Source: a bacterium (GTDB lineage Bacteria > Electryoneota > Electryoneia > Electryoneales > Electryoneaceae). Taken from it: DNA of 64,000 bases. Location of the stretch: contig JAIOHU010000287.1 in assembly GCA_019912845.1 (NCBI GenBank), forward strand, positions 8,925 to 72,924. The letters run 5' to 3'. Positions 9,713-20,554 of the stretch are shown one piece after another. A program made the position numbers and the translations under genes. Position 1 is the first letter of the stretch. Each line of letters opens with the position of its first letter. Under the pieces are notes generated by a model. That model was given only the letters and a program-made list of their open reading frames with translations. It had not been told where the DNA came from and did no database searches.

Positions 9713-11683
9713 CTAAAAATGCAGATTGGGGTCGTAGAACCACTCAAGCATTACATCCCAGCATTCAACAACATCGTCATACTCCACGAAATAGTAGGAG
9801 AACGATGTTAAGGCTGTTCTGTAACGCAGTTGAGAGAAGGTGAAGTTGACAACTTCGCCACGTTCATAACGAATTTCAACTGGCTTCAGATGGTAACGAG
9901 TCAGTGGATCATATCGGTAATCAACAGCCAACACATCATCATCTGACCAGGGTTCACCTTCGCTGTAGCTGACACGGATGAGATAATCATTTACCTCAAT
10001 TGGTTCGCCTTCCCAGTTGGCTTCACCATTGTTCAGCAATGTAAGATTCTGTATGGAGGTGACTCCGTCGGTATAAACCTTATCGTTTATAGTGCGTATG
10101 TAACAATCTGTCTGAGTTGGCGGATAATCAAAGGTCTGCTCTTGAGCAGTTCCTTCACGTAATGTCACCCGCGTTAAAACTTCAGAATCTTCATCCTCCA
10201 CTGCGACAACCAGGGTATCAGTCAGCGAGATGAAGTATTGCGTTGTGCTTGCTCCAGGCTTTCTTGCAATAATTTCTGCACCAGAAAGACCGAAGTTGTT
10301 TGGTGCATAGGTTGGCAGGAGATAATTTTCGCCAACCTTGCTAGTATCAAAAGTTAGATTGCGGAATTGCGGAAGCGCAGACCGTGTGCCTATAAAATCT
10401 GCCAGGGGCAGGTTTGCCTCTGTCCAGAGTGGACGTCCACTCAATGAATCTGCAAACAGATATTCATCCAGAAGCAGAGCACCATCGTCGCTGCCGGTGT
10501 TAGTTGTATCCAGCGCATGTTTTCCAACCATTCGCCCCTGATACCAGAGTCTTCCACCTACTCGCAGGTAATCGATCAAAATTTGATTACGAGATGAGGT
10601 ATAATCATCTACTTGATAATTGAGACGTTTGAATTGATCGTTCGCAAAGATCACCAACTTATATTGGTGCACCAACGAATTGGATATCCATGATTCACGA
10701 TTATTAATATCGGTCAACATTAACTGCCTGACATCAACGGTATCTGCGACAATATTCTCACCCAATACATCTGTCAATAGCCTATTGTAGAAATGTTTCA
10801 ATGAATCTGGTTCAGGTCGACCTTGCCCAACTCGTTCCAATGCTTCCACTACCAAAAGCATTCTATTCTCAAATGTCGGCTTGATAACATTGAACTCAAT
10901 TCTCGCCGGTGCAGTAGACAGTGTCAACCCATCATCACGTGCCCAGACATAGAGTGTGTAAAAACCAGTTTCCAGATTCGCCAGGACAATCCCAAGATTG
11001 TCACTAAAGGGTCGCTTGAAAATGGTATCACCAGGTGCTTTTACCAGTATAGGCTGAAATTCCAACGGAATTTTGTATAGGGAACGATCATCCGGGTCGT
11101 TTCCGCGCCAGGTGAATTGAATCCCAGGCCAAGTTGCCGTGATGGATTCGCCACTGTAAAGAGTGTCAGCCACATAAACACTATTACCTATCTCATCGTC
11201 TGTCATGCCAACCATTCCGATTTCCGGGATATTTGGTGGCTGATTAGAGCGAAAGAAAGTACGATATTTTATATCACTGGCTTCACCCTGATCATCAAAG
11301 CAACGAATATAGAAGATATGCTTTTGAATCTCTCCGGCAGGGGTGAGCAGATAGATACGTTCCTCTGTACTATTCGTGCTCGTCCACTCCTCTTCAGGAA
11401 TTTCACTTGCGTAAGCTTGTGGATTGTCAAATGCGGCAGAATCAGTTACATCCGCATAGGAATAGTATTCCACAAAGCCATCCGGGTCGTTCCCTTTCCA
11501 GTAGAGGATAGGTGCTGCACTGAACTGGGAAGAATCAAGAGGAACCGTCACAAAAGAAACATTAGGGCGTTGGTTCTCTTTCTCTGTGCCTTCCAGGTCA
11601 CCACATCCAATCATGGTAAATCCTGAGACCAGGACAACCAGAAGGATGAATATGCCCACTTTGATATATGTATGCTTTCGCAT
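9713..11683 (-). CDS. Large surface lipoprotein of unknown function with an internal duplicated motif
   Basis: The signal and lipobox are ..MRKHTYIKVGIFILLVVLVSGFTMIGCG... A motif repeats internally (ILYWKGNDPDGF / IQFTWRGNDPDD). The start was taken at Met17 to remove overlap with the upstream gene. No catalytic motif was recognised. Confidence 0.45.
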   Translation of the reverse strand: MRKHTYIKVGIFILLVVLVSGFTMIGCGDLEGTEKENQRPNVSFVTVPLDSSQFSAAPILYWKGNDPDGFVEYYSYADVTDSAAFDNPQAYASEIPEEEWTSTNSTEERIYLLTPAGEIQKHIFYIRCFDDQGEASDIKYRTFFRSNQPPNIPEIGMVGMTDDEIGNSVYVADTLYSGESITATWPGIQFTWRGNDPDDRSLYKIPLEFQPILVKAPGDTIFKRPFSDNLGIVLANLETGFYTLYVWARDDGLTLSTAPARIEFNVIKPTFENRMLLVVEALERVGQGRPEPDSLKHFYNRLLTDVLGENIVADTVDVRQLMLTDINNRESWISNSLVHQYKLVIFANDQFKRLNYQVDDYTSSRNQILIDYLRVGGRLWYQGRMVGKHALDTTNTGSDDGALLLDEYLFADSLSGRPLWTEANLPLADFIGTRSALPQFRNLTFDTSKVGENYLLPTYAPNNFGLSGAEIIARKPGASTTQYFISLTDTLVVAVEDEDSEVLTRVTLREGTAQEQTFDYPPTQTDCYIRTINDKVYTDGVTSIQNLTLLNNGEANWEGEPIEVNDYLIRVSYSEGEPWSDDDVLAVDYRYDPLTRYHLKPVEIRYERGEVVNFTFSQLRYRTALTSFSYYFVEYDDVVECWDVMLEWFYDPNLHF

Positions 11684-11702
11684 GCTTCCTACTCCTGTAT
11701 TG

Positions 11703-12329
11703 CTAGCGAATCTGCTGACCCAAACGTTCAATTTCTATCGCGAGTAAGCGTTTTCCTTCAGCCGTATTAACGTCATCAACTGTAAAGTTTGAATTCAGAG
11801 TTTGAACCCAACTGAAGGAGGAATCAAATTCCGTTTCCATGTAGAAGCACTGGGCAATTGTCCAGCGTAAATCTCGATAGTCAATATCTGTTCTGTGCTT
11901 GAAGATGTAGTTCGCATTTTCACCGAGTACCAGCTCATGTGCGGAAATAGCTGCTGTGTAATCATTTCTTGCCAGATGAGCAAACCCCAGACCGGCTTGA
12001 ATGTCATATTTTCCGCCCGGTTTCTCAAGACCGGTGTTCCAGCGAGTTAATGCGGCATCAATTTCTGACGAGCCAAGAAATATTGTCCAACCGGCACCAG
12101 AATAGGGGTCTGCTGAATCATATCCCTTTTTAATGGCACTATTGAAGTAATCCAGGGCGCTTTCAAAATCGGTATCTTCAAACGCTTTCCAACCATCTGA
12201 TGTTAATTCGATAGGACCAGCTTCAGCACTGACCGGATCATCGCCATCGGTACACCCAATAACAAGTAATACCATAAATGGTACGAGCAGATATATGATC
12301 GGTGAAACGTGAAATATTCGCTGTTTCAT
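11703..12329 (-). CDS. TPR-like repeat lipoprotein
   Basis: The lipoprotein signal is MKQRIFHVSPIIYLLVPFMVLLVIGC followed by TDGDDP. Helical repeat content fits a TPR-like fold (..ALDYFNSAIKKGYDSADPYSGAGW..; ..LGFAHLARNDYTAAISAHELVLGEN..). Confidence 0.45.
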   Translation of the reverse strand: MKQRIFHVSPIIYLLVPFMVLLVIGCTDGDDPVSAEAGPIELTSDGWKAFEDTDFESALDYFNSAIKKGYDSADPYSGAGWTIFLGSSEIDAALTRWNTGLEKPGGKYDIQAGLGFAHLARNDYTAAISAHELVLGENANYIFKHRTDIDYRDLRWTIAQCFYMETEFDSSFSWVQTLNSNFTVDDVNTAEGKRLLAIEIERLGQQIR

Positions 12330-12344
12330 CTCTTCTAAACCTCC

Positions 12345-15300
12345 CTATCGCATCAACATTAATTTTCTGGATTCAACAACTCCGCTTGATCCATCGGTCG
12401 GGGTTGTTTTCAAATGGTAGAAATACACACCGGAGGTAAGCTCATTTCCGTATGCATCATCCGCATTCCAGAAAGCCACATGACGCCCTGATGTGAACCA
12501 TCCCTGAGATATTGTAGCTACCTGCTGACCAAGAACATTAAACAGTGTCAGTTCAATGGTGCTTGGTGTGGACAGTTCAAATGGTATTGATGTTGATGGA
12601 TTGAACGGATTCGGGTAATTGACACCTAATGCAGACTGTTCCGGTAACAGTATAGATTCAACAGAACCATCTCCGGAAAATATTGCATAAGTGCCAGTTT
12701 CATTTATTTGAGTATGCACTGTTTGCGATCTGGTATTTACAAAACTTTCCAACTGATGCCAGCTTCCATTATCAGAGAGCTGCCAGATGCTGAGACCACT
12801 AACTTCACGATTTGAGACTGCATCTTCATCATAAGGAAGAATAAGTTCCGCCGAGTTCGTCCAACTCTCAGATTGTCCATGGATTGTCCATTGGACATTC
12901 ATATCAGACTGGGAGGCTATTGTGTATTCTTCCGGGATGCTCAGACAATGCTCCTGCTCAGCCCAGAACATTACTTCTTTGTTTGTCGCATCTGGAGGGA
13001 AAATTAATCTTGAACCATCATCAGCAGCAAGTATACCACCCGCCGTTGGTTTAAGAAGTGCAACTGATATACTGCGACGGTAGCGTACATCACCGGTATT
13101 TGCTGTATTTCCGCTGACTGTCAAAACCAGGAAGTTCGATTCGGTCATCTCCATGGCATACTGATAAACACCATCAGCGTCGAGCATTATAGGTGTCACC
13201 GTCTCAGTCCCTGTATAATCCTCAATTTCAAGCTGGGGGTTTGAGGTAAACGGCTCTGTGGTATTAATAATAAAGTTCAGATAACGAGGGGTAGCTTGAT
13301 TCTCGAATATCGACATACTCACAGGCGACATACCCCAATATTGAGCATCAGGACCGCCATACAAGCCAATATCATTTCGGAAATTTCCCTTAGACGGTGG
13401 GAAACTATAATCATTATTGGGAGCGGAAGGATCACCACCATCAACCAATGGGCTACCATCAACCGGAACAAAATCGACCAGGTCAGTGAACATAGGACCA
13501 ACATCCACTACTGTTGAGTTAAAATCAACATTCGTGTAAGTGTCAGCATCTTCCACATCGCTATATCTACCGATCAAGCGAGATCCTCGGTCAACAAATA
13601 TATCTGTTCCATCATTTGACCAGACAACAGAATTTCGCACGATAGGATTTGAATTACCAGACACGAAAAAGGCTGATCCTTCGTCTGTATCTGCCGAATT
13701 CCCGAAAATAACATCATTGCGAAGAACAGGTGCACTATTGCCAAAGACATGAACTGCACCGCCACGGTTCACAGCATTATTATTAACTATTCTGGTATTC
13801 GATATAAGTGGTTTTGAGAAATATTCAAAGTAGATTCCGCCACCATTGGTAGTTGCATGATTATTCTGGATTGTGGAAGCAAAGATAAATGGAGAACTTC
13901 CCAACAATGATAATCCACCACCTTTTGTGGTTGCTTCATTGTCTTCGATAATGCAGCGAACGAGTGTGGGACGACTTTGATAAATCCACATCCCACCGCC
14001 ATCAGTATGGCTGAAACAGTTCCTAACCGTCACATCAATAAAATTTGGGTTTGTATTGTAAACTGCAATTCCACCACCATGCCCAAATGGACTTAAACCG
14101 AGTGATTCACTTCCTGCTTCCAATTCGGTCGTGCTTGCATATTCGACAATCGCGTGCTCGAGTCTTGTGTTCGGGTTGCTTGCGATAAACCGTAGCCCCC
14201 CAAAGTATGGATGTTGATCTCTGTTTAGTGGGCTGAATGTTACAGGGTTATCTTCTGAGCCGAGAACTTCAAGTTCACCTTCAACATCAAGCGAGTATAA
14301 TGTATCTCCATCATTGCCTTCAAACATCACTTGAACACCCTCACGGATGACAAGTTTTTTTCCGGCTGGAATTGATGTGGGACCAGCGCATATATACACA
14401 TTGTCGTTACCAAGACCCCATGTATCAGGAATAAATGTAGAGGGGATTTCGCCAGAAAAGTAAACACCACCGCTAGTTCCACGTCCCTTCAGATAAATCA
14501 TTACCTCATCGGTATTTGAATAAACGGTCAAGGTGTCACTATATACCCGTAATTCTGATGGGGAGAATGTGATATTCACTGTCAGAGTATCGTCAACACC
14601 AACATTCGCGTTGTTCCCTGACGGCAGGTTGCTGCTGAACGCCCCCGAACTGAATGCAATACTATCGACATGCATCCCTGTATTTCCACCATTTGTAATC
14701 ATGATCGGCAACGAACGTGTCGAATCGAGATTAACAAACTGGAAGTCGATCGTATCCTCTGCTGCGGGCTCTGTTTCCAGAACCGGACCAATAACCACCA
14801 GCCGCATTTGGATAAATTCTGTCCGGTCATTCGTTCTAACCTGGATACTGTCACGAATCATTCCAGTGTCCCTTGGACGACTGTTAAATGAGGATTCACT
14901 TTCGGGCGGATAATGAACTGTCAAAGTCAACTCTTCACCAGGCAGAATGGTACGTGCCGCTTCACCACCATCAGGTTGAGGAACATCGAAGTTCCCGGAA
15001 AATGTGCGCATCCAGGGCTGTGTTAAGGCTACCAGATTTGTATTTCCCAAATTTCGCAATGTGAAATTTCTGCTTGCTGGTTCATCCAAATCTAGAGTAT
15101 CCATATTAATGGAAGTTGTTGAAAGCTGAAGTTGGGGATCAAATGGATAACCGTAGACAACATACTCTATAGCTCCATCAGGAATGTCAAGCAACATATA
15201 GGCCTTGTCCGTGGCAAATTGTCCTGGAGCAACAATATATTTTACCTCAAACTCCTTGGTACTATCCGGTGAAATGGTCATCTCGGGGAATGGGGCAACG

Positions 15301-16544
15301 GTAAATCTGGAGATATCTTCAGGTAAAGTATCTTCATTTTCTGGATCGAGACTGGTCGTTTCCATAGAAACCATTGACCACTGAACAATCAGGTCATTAT
15401 TCCCGACGTTTCGAATACTTGCAAGCCGAACTGCTGTTGAATCTCCTGGACGAATACCTACAAAACGTATATCCGGATTAGCTGCTTGCGCTACTGGAAC
15501 CGAGCGGGTCGCAAACACAGTTCCACCCCAAAATCCCATATTAATACGTCCACCGTTGGGACGTGGTTCATTCTGCCAGCGACTATCGGAATATTCACCA
15601 CCATCTACACCACGTGACGTAAGCTCCAGGTGGAACATTTCCTCGTCTACAAAATCGGGGTCTTCCTGATAAACAAAGTTGTCGACGTTGCTACCAACCT
15701 GTGAATAAATAGAAAATTTTATGAAAGCAGTATAGAAATTGTCCCCGGCAATCAAAACGTCATCACTTGGATTGTTGACTGTCTGGTCACCATTACGCCA
15801 TAGTATTGAATTTCGCACTACAGGATAGGCATTCGGTCCGAAGTAAATACCGCCACCATAAGTTGTATTAGGTGTACGCAAAGTGATTCCGGCGTCATTG
15901 CGGAAAACGGTGAGATTTTTCAGGTCCAACTCAACACGGTCGAGAAACATCCCTCCACCTTGGCGATTTGCCTCGTTGAAAGCGATTAGATTGTTCCTGA
16001 AATGACTGGAAGACAACCAGATATAAACACCACCACCGCTATATTCAGCTTTACAATTTCGAATAATTGAATTTGTCACTCTGGGCGAGGCGCCGTTAAT
16101 GTAAAGACCACCGCCATTATTATCAGCCCAGGTGGAACCTTCAACACGATGTGCATAACCATGTTCTATAATACAATATTCTATAAAGGAACCTGATTCG
16201 CTGTTATCAAAACGGATTCCACGCCAACGATCTTCACCTGTGAACTGGGAAGTATCCTGTGTGAATGTTACCCAATCGATTCCGGCATTGTCGGGCTGAA
16301 CTTCTCCCTGAGCCTGGAAAACACCCTTCACATAAATCGCGTACGGTCCATTGAAGGTTACAGTAACACCCGCATCAATTTCCAGCATTTCTCCCTGGGG
16401 GACTGTTATATCCCCTTCGACGATGATCGGGCTGTCACCAACCGTCCAGCGTCCGGACACATCTCCGCTCACCTGACTGTAAGCAAAGCTTACTGGCAAG
16501 AGCAGTGCGATAGCCAGGGTTAATAACCTGGTAAATCTGGACAT
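12345..16544 (-). CDS. Giant secreted right-handed beta-helix (pectate-lyase/PbH1-like repeat) protein with a T9SS C-terminal sorting domain
   Basis: The signal peptide is MSRFTRLLTLAIALLLPVSFAYSQ. There are two blocks of parallel beta-helix repeats (..NSIIRNCKAEYSGGGVYI.., ..NNLIAFNEANRQGGGMFL.., ..NTRIVNNNAVNRGGAVHV..). The C-terminus is ..NYPNPFNPSTSIPFEL..LTLFNVLGQQV..SGVYFYHL..KLMLMR, the canonical T9SS type-A tail. Confidence 0.7.
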   Translation of the reverse strand: MSRFTRLLTLAIALLLPVSFAYSQVSGDVSGRWTVGDSPIIVEGDITVPQGEMLEIDAGVTVTFNGPYAIYVKGVFQAQGEVQPDNAGIDWVTFTQDTSQFTGEDRWRGIRFDNSESGSFIEYCIIEHGYAHRVEGSTWADNNGGGLYINGASPRVTNSIIRNCKAEYSGGGVYIWLSSSHFRNNLIAFNEANRQGGGMFLDRVELDLKNLTVFRNDAGITLRTPNTTYGGGIYFGPNAYPVVRNSILWRNGDQTVNNPSDDVLIAGDNFYTAFIKFSIYSQVGSNVDNFVYQEDPDFVDEEMFHLELTSRGVDGGEYSDSRWQNEPRPNGGRINMGFWGGTVFATRSVPVAQAANPDIRFVGIRPGDSTAVRLASIRNVGNNDLIVQWSMVSMETTSLDPENEDTLPEDISRFTVAPFPEMTISPDSTKEFEVKYIVAPGQFATDKAYMLLDIPDGAIEYVVYGYPFDPQLQLSTTSINMDTLDLDEPASRNFTLRNLGNTNLVALTQPWMRTFSGNFDVPQPDGGEAARTILPGEELTLTVHYPPESESSFNSRPRDTGMIRDSIQVRTNDRTEFIQMRLVVIGPVLETEPAAEDTIDFQFVNLDSTRSLPIMITNGGNTGMHVDSIAFSSGAFSSNLPSGNNANVGVDDTLTVNITFSPSELRVYSDTLTVYSNTDEVMIYLKGRGTSGGVYFSGEIPSTFIPDTWGLGNDNVYICAGPTSIPAGKKLVIREGVQVMFEGNDGDTLYSLDVEGELEVLGSEDNPVTFSPLNRDQHPYFGGLRFIASNPNTRLEHAIVEYASTTELEAGSESLGLSPFGHGGGIAVYNTNPNFIDVTVRNCFSHTDGGGMWIYQSRPTLVRCIIEDNEATTKGGGLSLLGSSPFIFASTIQNNHATTNGGGIYFEYFSKPLISNTRIVNNNAVNRGGAVHVFGNSAPVLRNDVIFGNSADTDEGSAFFVSGNSNPIVRNSVVWSNDGTDIFVDRGSRLIGRYSDVEDADTYTNVDFNSTVVDVGPMFTDLVDFVPVDGSPLVDGGDPSAPNNDYSFPPSKGNFRNDIGLYGGPDAQYWGMSPVSMSIFENQATPRYLNFIINTTEPFTSNPQLEIEDYTGTETVTPIMLDADGVYQYAMEMTESNFLVLTVSGNTANTGDVRYRRSISVALLKPTAGGILAADDGSRLIFPPDATNKEVMFWAEQEHCLSIPEEYTIASQSDMNVQWTIHGQSESWTNSAELILPYDEDAVSNREVSGLSIWQLSDNGSWHQLESFVNTRSQTVHTQINETGTYAIFSGDGSVESILLPEQSALGVNYPNPFNPSTSIPFELSTPSTIELTLFNVLGQQVATISQGWFTSGRHVAFWNADDAYGNELTSGVYFYHLKTTPTDGSSGVVESRKLMLMR

Positions 16545-16675
16545 CTGACCCACGACGTCACCTCGTATTCTAAAATCTCGTTCCACTGAATCACCCATTC
16601 CAAGACTCCACCAGCTTGTTTATTACAGCAAAATGATAATTGGCTGGCTTCGTATTTTCATAAACCTGCGACCAA

Positions 16676-17707
16676 TTATTTCAATACATATCCCAGGCTG
16701 AAACGATGCCATCCGCCCAGGTATTGGATTGTCGCATAGGTATAATCAACTTTGAGACCAATATTCCGCATGTACAAACCACCACCAAAACTCATCCCGG
16801 AAAATGAGACCATACCCTCTTCATCGAATACAGGGTATTCATAGAATGGGTTGTTATCTTTGTCTTCAACGTACTCTTCGTTCGAACTGCGTTTCCAACC
16901 GTTAATCTTTTTTCCGAAACGAAGCATCGCTGTCTCTTTGAAGGCATATTCAAAGCCGAGATGGACTTCTTCTGAGTTATCGTTGGGGTGTGTACCTTCC
17001 AAGCCCATGGTCAGACGGCTGTCATCTTTTTGCATAAGATCGACCGCTGTAGCAAACTTAAAGTTCTGAGGTAATGGGAAAGGAGTGGTTACATGCTGCA
17101 TATCCGGGCCGAAGTTGGAGATCAACATTGCGATACGCAGGGATTTCCACCCTGTATCGTAAAATGTGCCAACATCAACAGCCCATCCGAGAGCGTTTTC
17201 ATCAGCCAGATTCTCCTGGATATACTTGACTGATCCACCAACGGAGAACTTATCAGTTAACCTTTGGCTGTAACTAATCGCCGCTGCAAAGTCAGTAGCT
17301 CTAAATGTCTGACCATTTCCGTAGGGAAGCTGATAGGTAGTTACTGGCATATCATCTGTATATAGTGCCGTCATAGATGCGCCCACAGCAGCACCGTACA
17401 TCGGAAGTGGCATAACGCCGCCGATGTAGTCGAAGTTTACCCCTAACCCAGATGGAAAGGCCACATGGGTAAAGATCAACTCCTTCTTCTTGATATTCAC
17501 CAGTCCAGCAGGATTGTAGTATAACGCTGATGCGTCATCCGCTATCGCAAGAAACGCATCTGCCATAGCAACCGCACGCGAAGACACCCCAATCTTGAGG
17601 AAATTCACCCCGGTCGTTCCTACCTTGGCCTGACCAAACACCAGACCCGGAATGATCAGCGCAACAGCTAATCCGATTGCAAACCATTGCTTGCGCGTCA
17701 TGTTCAC
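16676..17707 (-). CDS. FadL/PorV-family outer-membrane beta-barrel (candidate T9SS shuttle, PorV-like)
   Basis: A signal peptide is present. The N-terminal block VGTTGVNFLKIGVSSRAVAMADAFLAIADDASALYYNPAGL matches the FadL/PorV hallmark (..ADDAS..NPAGL). The C-terminus is aromatic. It sits directly between two T9SS cargo genes, 8 nt after the upstream one. Confidence 0.5.
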   Translation of the reverse strand: MNMTRKQWFAIGLAVALIIPGLVFGQAKVGTTGVNFLKIGVSSRAVAMADAFLAIADDASALYYNPAGLVNIKKKELIFTHVAFPSGLGVNFDYIGGVMPLPMYGAAVGASMTALYTDDMPVTTYQLPYGNGQTFRATDFAAAISYSQRLTDKFSVGGSVKYIQENLADENALGWAVDVGTFYDTGWKSLRIAMLISNFGPDMQHVTTPFPLPQNFKFATAVDLMQKDDSRLTMGLEGTHPNDNSEEVHLGFEYAFKETAMLRFGKKINGWKRSSNEEYVEDKDNNPFYEYPVFDEEGMVSFSGMSFGGGLYMRNIGLKVDYTYATIQYLGGWHRFSLGYVLK

Positions 17708-17715
17708 ACTCCGCT

Positions 17716-20448
17716 TTATCGAATGATTACGAATTTGCCAACATCAATATGACCTTCATTTCCTGCAGTTCTATCTTCGACACTGAAGAAATACAGCCCT
17801 GAAACCACTTGCTGCTGGTTGCGGCTGTTGAGGTCCCAAACTTCTGCATGATCAGAAACCCAATTCGAAATTCGGTTTCCAGAAATATTATGATCTATTA
17901 AAGTAACAAGGTCACCAGAAACGGTGAAAATTCTGATATAGCATTTTTTAGGCAGATTGTAGAAATACATTCTACGATCTGTCTGTGGGAAATAATTCGG
18001 AGTGCCATCATTCCGGTTTTCCCATGCTACAAATGTTGTATCCACATCATAAATCAATTGCATGTGCTGCTGAGTATAGTCCATATCTGCTCTGTACGGA
18101 TTCGGCACGACACCTGGTTTCTTGCGGTCTGTGCCTGAGGGTGCCAGGTAGAGCATATTTGCGGACTTCGCAGTTTCCAATGGTTCAGTGCCTGAGAAGG
18201 GATCGCCATAGTCGAATGCTGTAACCGTGTAATAGCGCGGTATCATCGGGTTTGTTTCGCCGATATCGAACACATACATGGAATCAACATCAGGGTCTAC
18301 CAAGGATGCAAGCCCTATATTCGGACCTACTGGTCGCAGGAATCCGGTCACACCAAGTGTATTTGTCATTATTTCGGGCAATGTGTCCGGTTGAGTTGTA
18401 GCGATCGGGATAGACATCAATGAATCTCGCTCACTGTAGTAAGCGAAATCGATCCTGTCATATTCGGCAACCAGACTGAATTCTGTTTCCAGACCAGTAT
18501 TTGAGACATAGATGCGATACCCTTCAAAGTCTTGCAAACGACTGAACGGATCCTGATACTCCTCAGATTCTGATGGAAATTTTCCCCACTTCAAATAAAC
18601 ATTTTTTGTGTCAGAGCTGGAAGTTAGAATCGGCACTTCAGGTGGTGGTGGACCACGAAAATCGGGTTCCCCATCGCCCTGATCGAAAAGCTCGTTGTTA
18701 TAGGTATAATCGTATTGAATTGGACGAGGTGCCAAATCCTCTTCCAATTGGAAAACACCATCAAGTTCTCCGGAATCCGGTTCAGTATAAACTGCTGTAA
18801 ACAGTTCATTATTCCAGTTGATCCAGCGTAAGGTGTCACCGATTGAATCAGAATAGATTCCATCAACACCTACATCTTCGCCAAACCAGCCATCGCCATT
18901 GGTGTCAATCATCGGGTTATCATAGACTTTTGCAGCCCAGTCAGCGTTATACTGAAAATCTGAAAAATCAAACAACTCATAATCGATCTGTTCACTGCTG
19001 GGTTGCGGATGCTGACGGTCATGGAAGTTTTCACCAGCGACATAAGCTATTGTCATGGAAAACTTTTCACCCGGATTCAAGCGATAGATTCTATTTCCAC
19101 CTTCATCGATGTGATCAAAAACGCCCAACGGTCCCCAGGATAGCAGATAACGTGTATCAAAGCCATTGGCTAGATCATCGGCATTTCCGGCATCTGGGAT
19201 ACGCCAATCGTGAGCCTCCAAAACTTCGTTGGTGAATCGATTTACGAACTCCTGCGAATTACCACTGATGTACGCTGGATCATTGACACGAATCTGGTCA
19301 TAGTCAAATTCACGGTTTGAAAGCACAAAGTATTTTCTTTCATCGTCCTCGGGCGTGCCCAGTGTACCTGTCCAGTTACCAGGACTGTGATCATCTTCCC
19401 AGGCAGGACCAAAATCATTGTTTGCGTCAGTATTGGAAATCCACCAGTTGAATGATGTACGTAATTTTGGATTTGGAGCACGAACGACACGTGTTCCCGT
19501 AACTCCAGGTCCAGAAAAATCATTTCCTGAATTTACATTTCTTGGACGACCATCATTGTCCGAGATATAGGCTGTATTAATGGTCAGGGTATATTCCTGA
19601 TTGGATCCCTGAGGCTGATATTGATATGAAGTCTTAAAACCGCAAATATCATCCTGTGCACGGTTATTGCCCGATTCTGAAACGTGCCCGACATCCGCAT
19701 CAACGTACAAACCGACGAACAGGTTTTTCAGAAAATTGTTGGCAATATTTTCGATCTCATAATCGATAATGATAAAATCACGTGCATAGTTATATGACCA
19801 GGCATACGATTTTTGAGTAACCTTAATTCCGAGCGGGACATGGGGTCCATCACGCGGTGTGCTCAGCTCAGAACCGAGCGGACTGACTCTATGGGTATCG
19901 GTATAGGATGAAATAAAGTCCTGCTCTGAAACTGCCTCATCGCTGGTGATAAACTCACCAAGGCAATTATATGCATTTTGTCGTGAAGACCTTTCAACAA
20001 TTCCATTGCCAGGTTCATGTCCCGGGAAAAACTCACGTCCGAGATAAGGGTCATTCGCAGATGCCAGCCAACCTTCAACACCTGTCGAAACTCTGGCATA
20101 CTCAAAACCTTCTTCCTGAATAATAGCCCCAATCCACATTGCTCCCATAAAGAGATATTGAATGCCGCTATTAGCAGGGAATTCAGCTTGAGGCGACCAT
20201 TCACCAGTACAAGGGTCTTCCAGGAAACCATCTCTGTCGCTTCCATCATTTCCAAAATAACCATAATTCGTGATGGTCAGCCAGATATTCCCGACATCAT
20301 GTAATCTGTTTTCTGTCTGAATAACATCAATCGTAGGGTTGTATTCCGGTTTCACCGGCCCACGGTCGACAATTTCCTGAAAACGTGCGTATGCAGATGT
20401 TGCAATCAGCAAAGCAAGCAAAAGGAAAATGAAAGTTCTGAATTGCAT
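17716..20448 (-). CDS. Secreted 910-aa protein of unknown function with a T9SS-type C-terminal domain
   Basis: The signal peptide is MQFRTFIFLLLALLIATSAYA. The C-terminus ..IRIFTVSGDLV..WDLNSRNQQQVVSGLYFFSV..GKFVIIR resembles a T9SS sorting domain. No catalytic motif was recognised. Confidence 0.5.
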   Translation of the reverse strand: MQFRTFIFLLLALLIATSAYARFQEIVDRGPVKPEYNPTIDVIQTENRLHDVGNIWLTITNYGYFGNDGSDRDGFLEDPCTGEWSPQAEFPANSGIQYLFMGAMWIGAIIQEEGFEYARVSTGVEGWLASANDPYLGREFFPGHEPGNGIVERSSRQNAYNCLGEFITSDEAVSEQDFISSYTDTHRVSPLGSELSTPRDGPHVPLGIKVTQKSYAWSYNYARDFIIIDYEIENIANNFLKNLFVGLYVDADVGHVSESGNNRAQDDICGFKTSYQYQPQGSNQEYTLTINTAYISDNDGRPRNVNSGNDFSGPGVTGTRVVRAPNPKLRTSFNWWISNTDANNDFGPAWEDDHSPGNWTGTLGTPEDDERKYFVLSNREFDYDQIRVNDPAYISGNSQEFVNRFTNEVLEAHDWRIPDAGNADDLANGFDTRYLLSWGPLGVFDHIDEGGNRIYRLNPGEKFSMTIAYVAGENFHDRQHPQPSSEQIDYELFDFSDFQYNADWAAKVYDNPMIDTNGDGWFGEDVGVDGIYSDSIGDTLRWINWNNELFTAVYTEPDSGELDGVFQLEEDLAPRPIQYDYTYNNELFDQGDGEPDFRGPPPPEVPILTSSSDTKNVYLKWGKFPSESEEYQDPFSRLQDFEGYRIYVSNTGLETEFSLVAEYDRIDFAYYSERDSLMSIPIATTQPDTLPEIMTNTLGVTGFLRPVGPNIGLASLVDPDVDSMYVFDIGETNPMIPRYYTVTAFDYGDPFSGTEPLETAKSANMLYLAPSGTDRKKPGVVPNPYRADMDYTQQHMQLIYDVDTTFVAWENRNDGTPNYFPQTDRRMYFYNLPKKCYIRIFTVSGDLVTLIDHNISGNRISNWVSDHAEVWDLNSRNQQQVVSGLYFFSVEDRTAGNEGHIDVGKFVIIR

Positions 20449-20554
20449 AATTTATATCCCAAAAGCAACCGAATTAGCCAAACCTATAGTGTTGTACCCA
20501 ACTATTACCCGGGACAACGATATTTTACCAGTCGAACTGTGCTACATTTGCCGT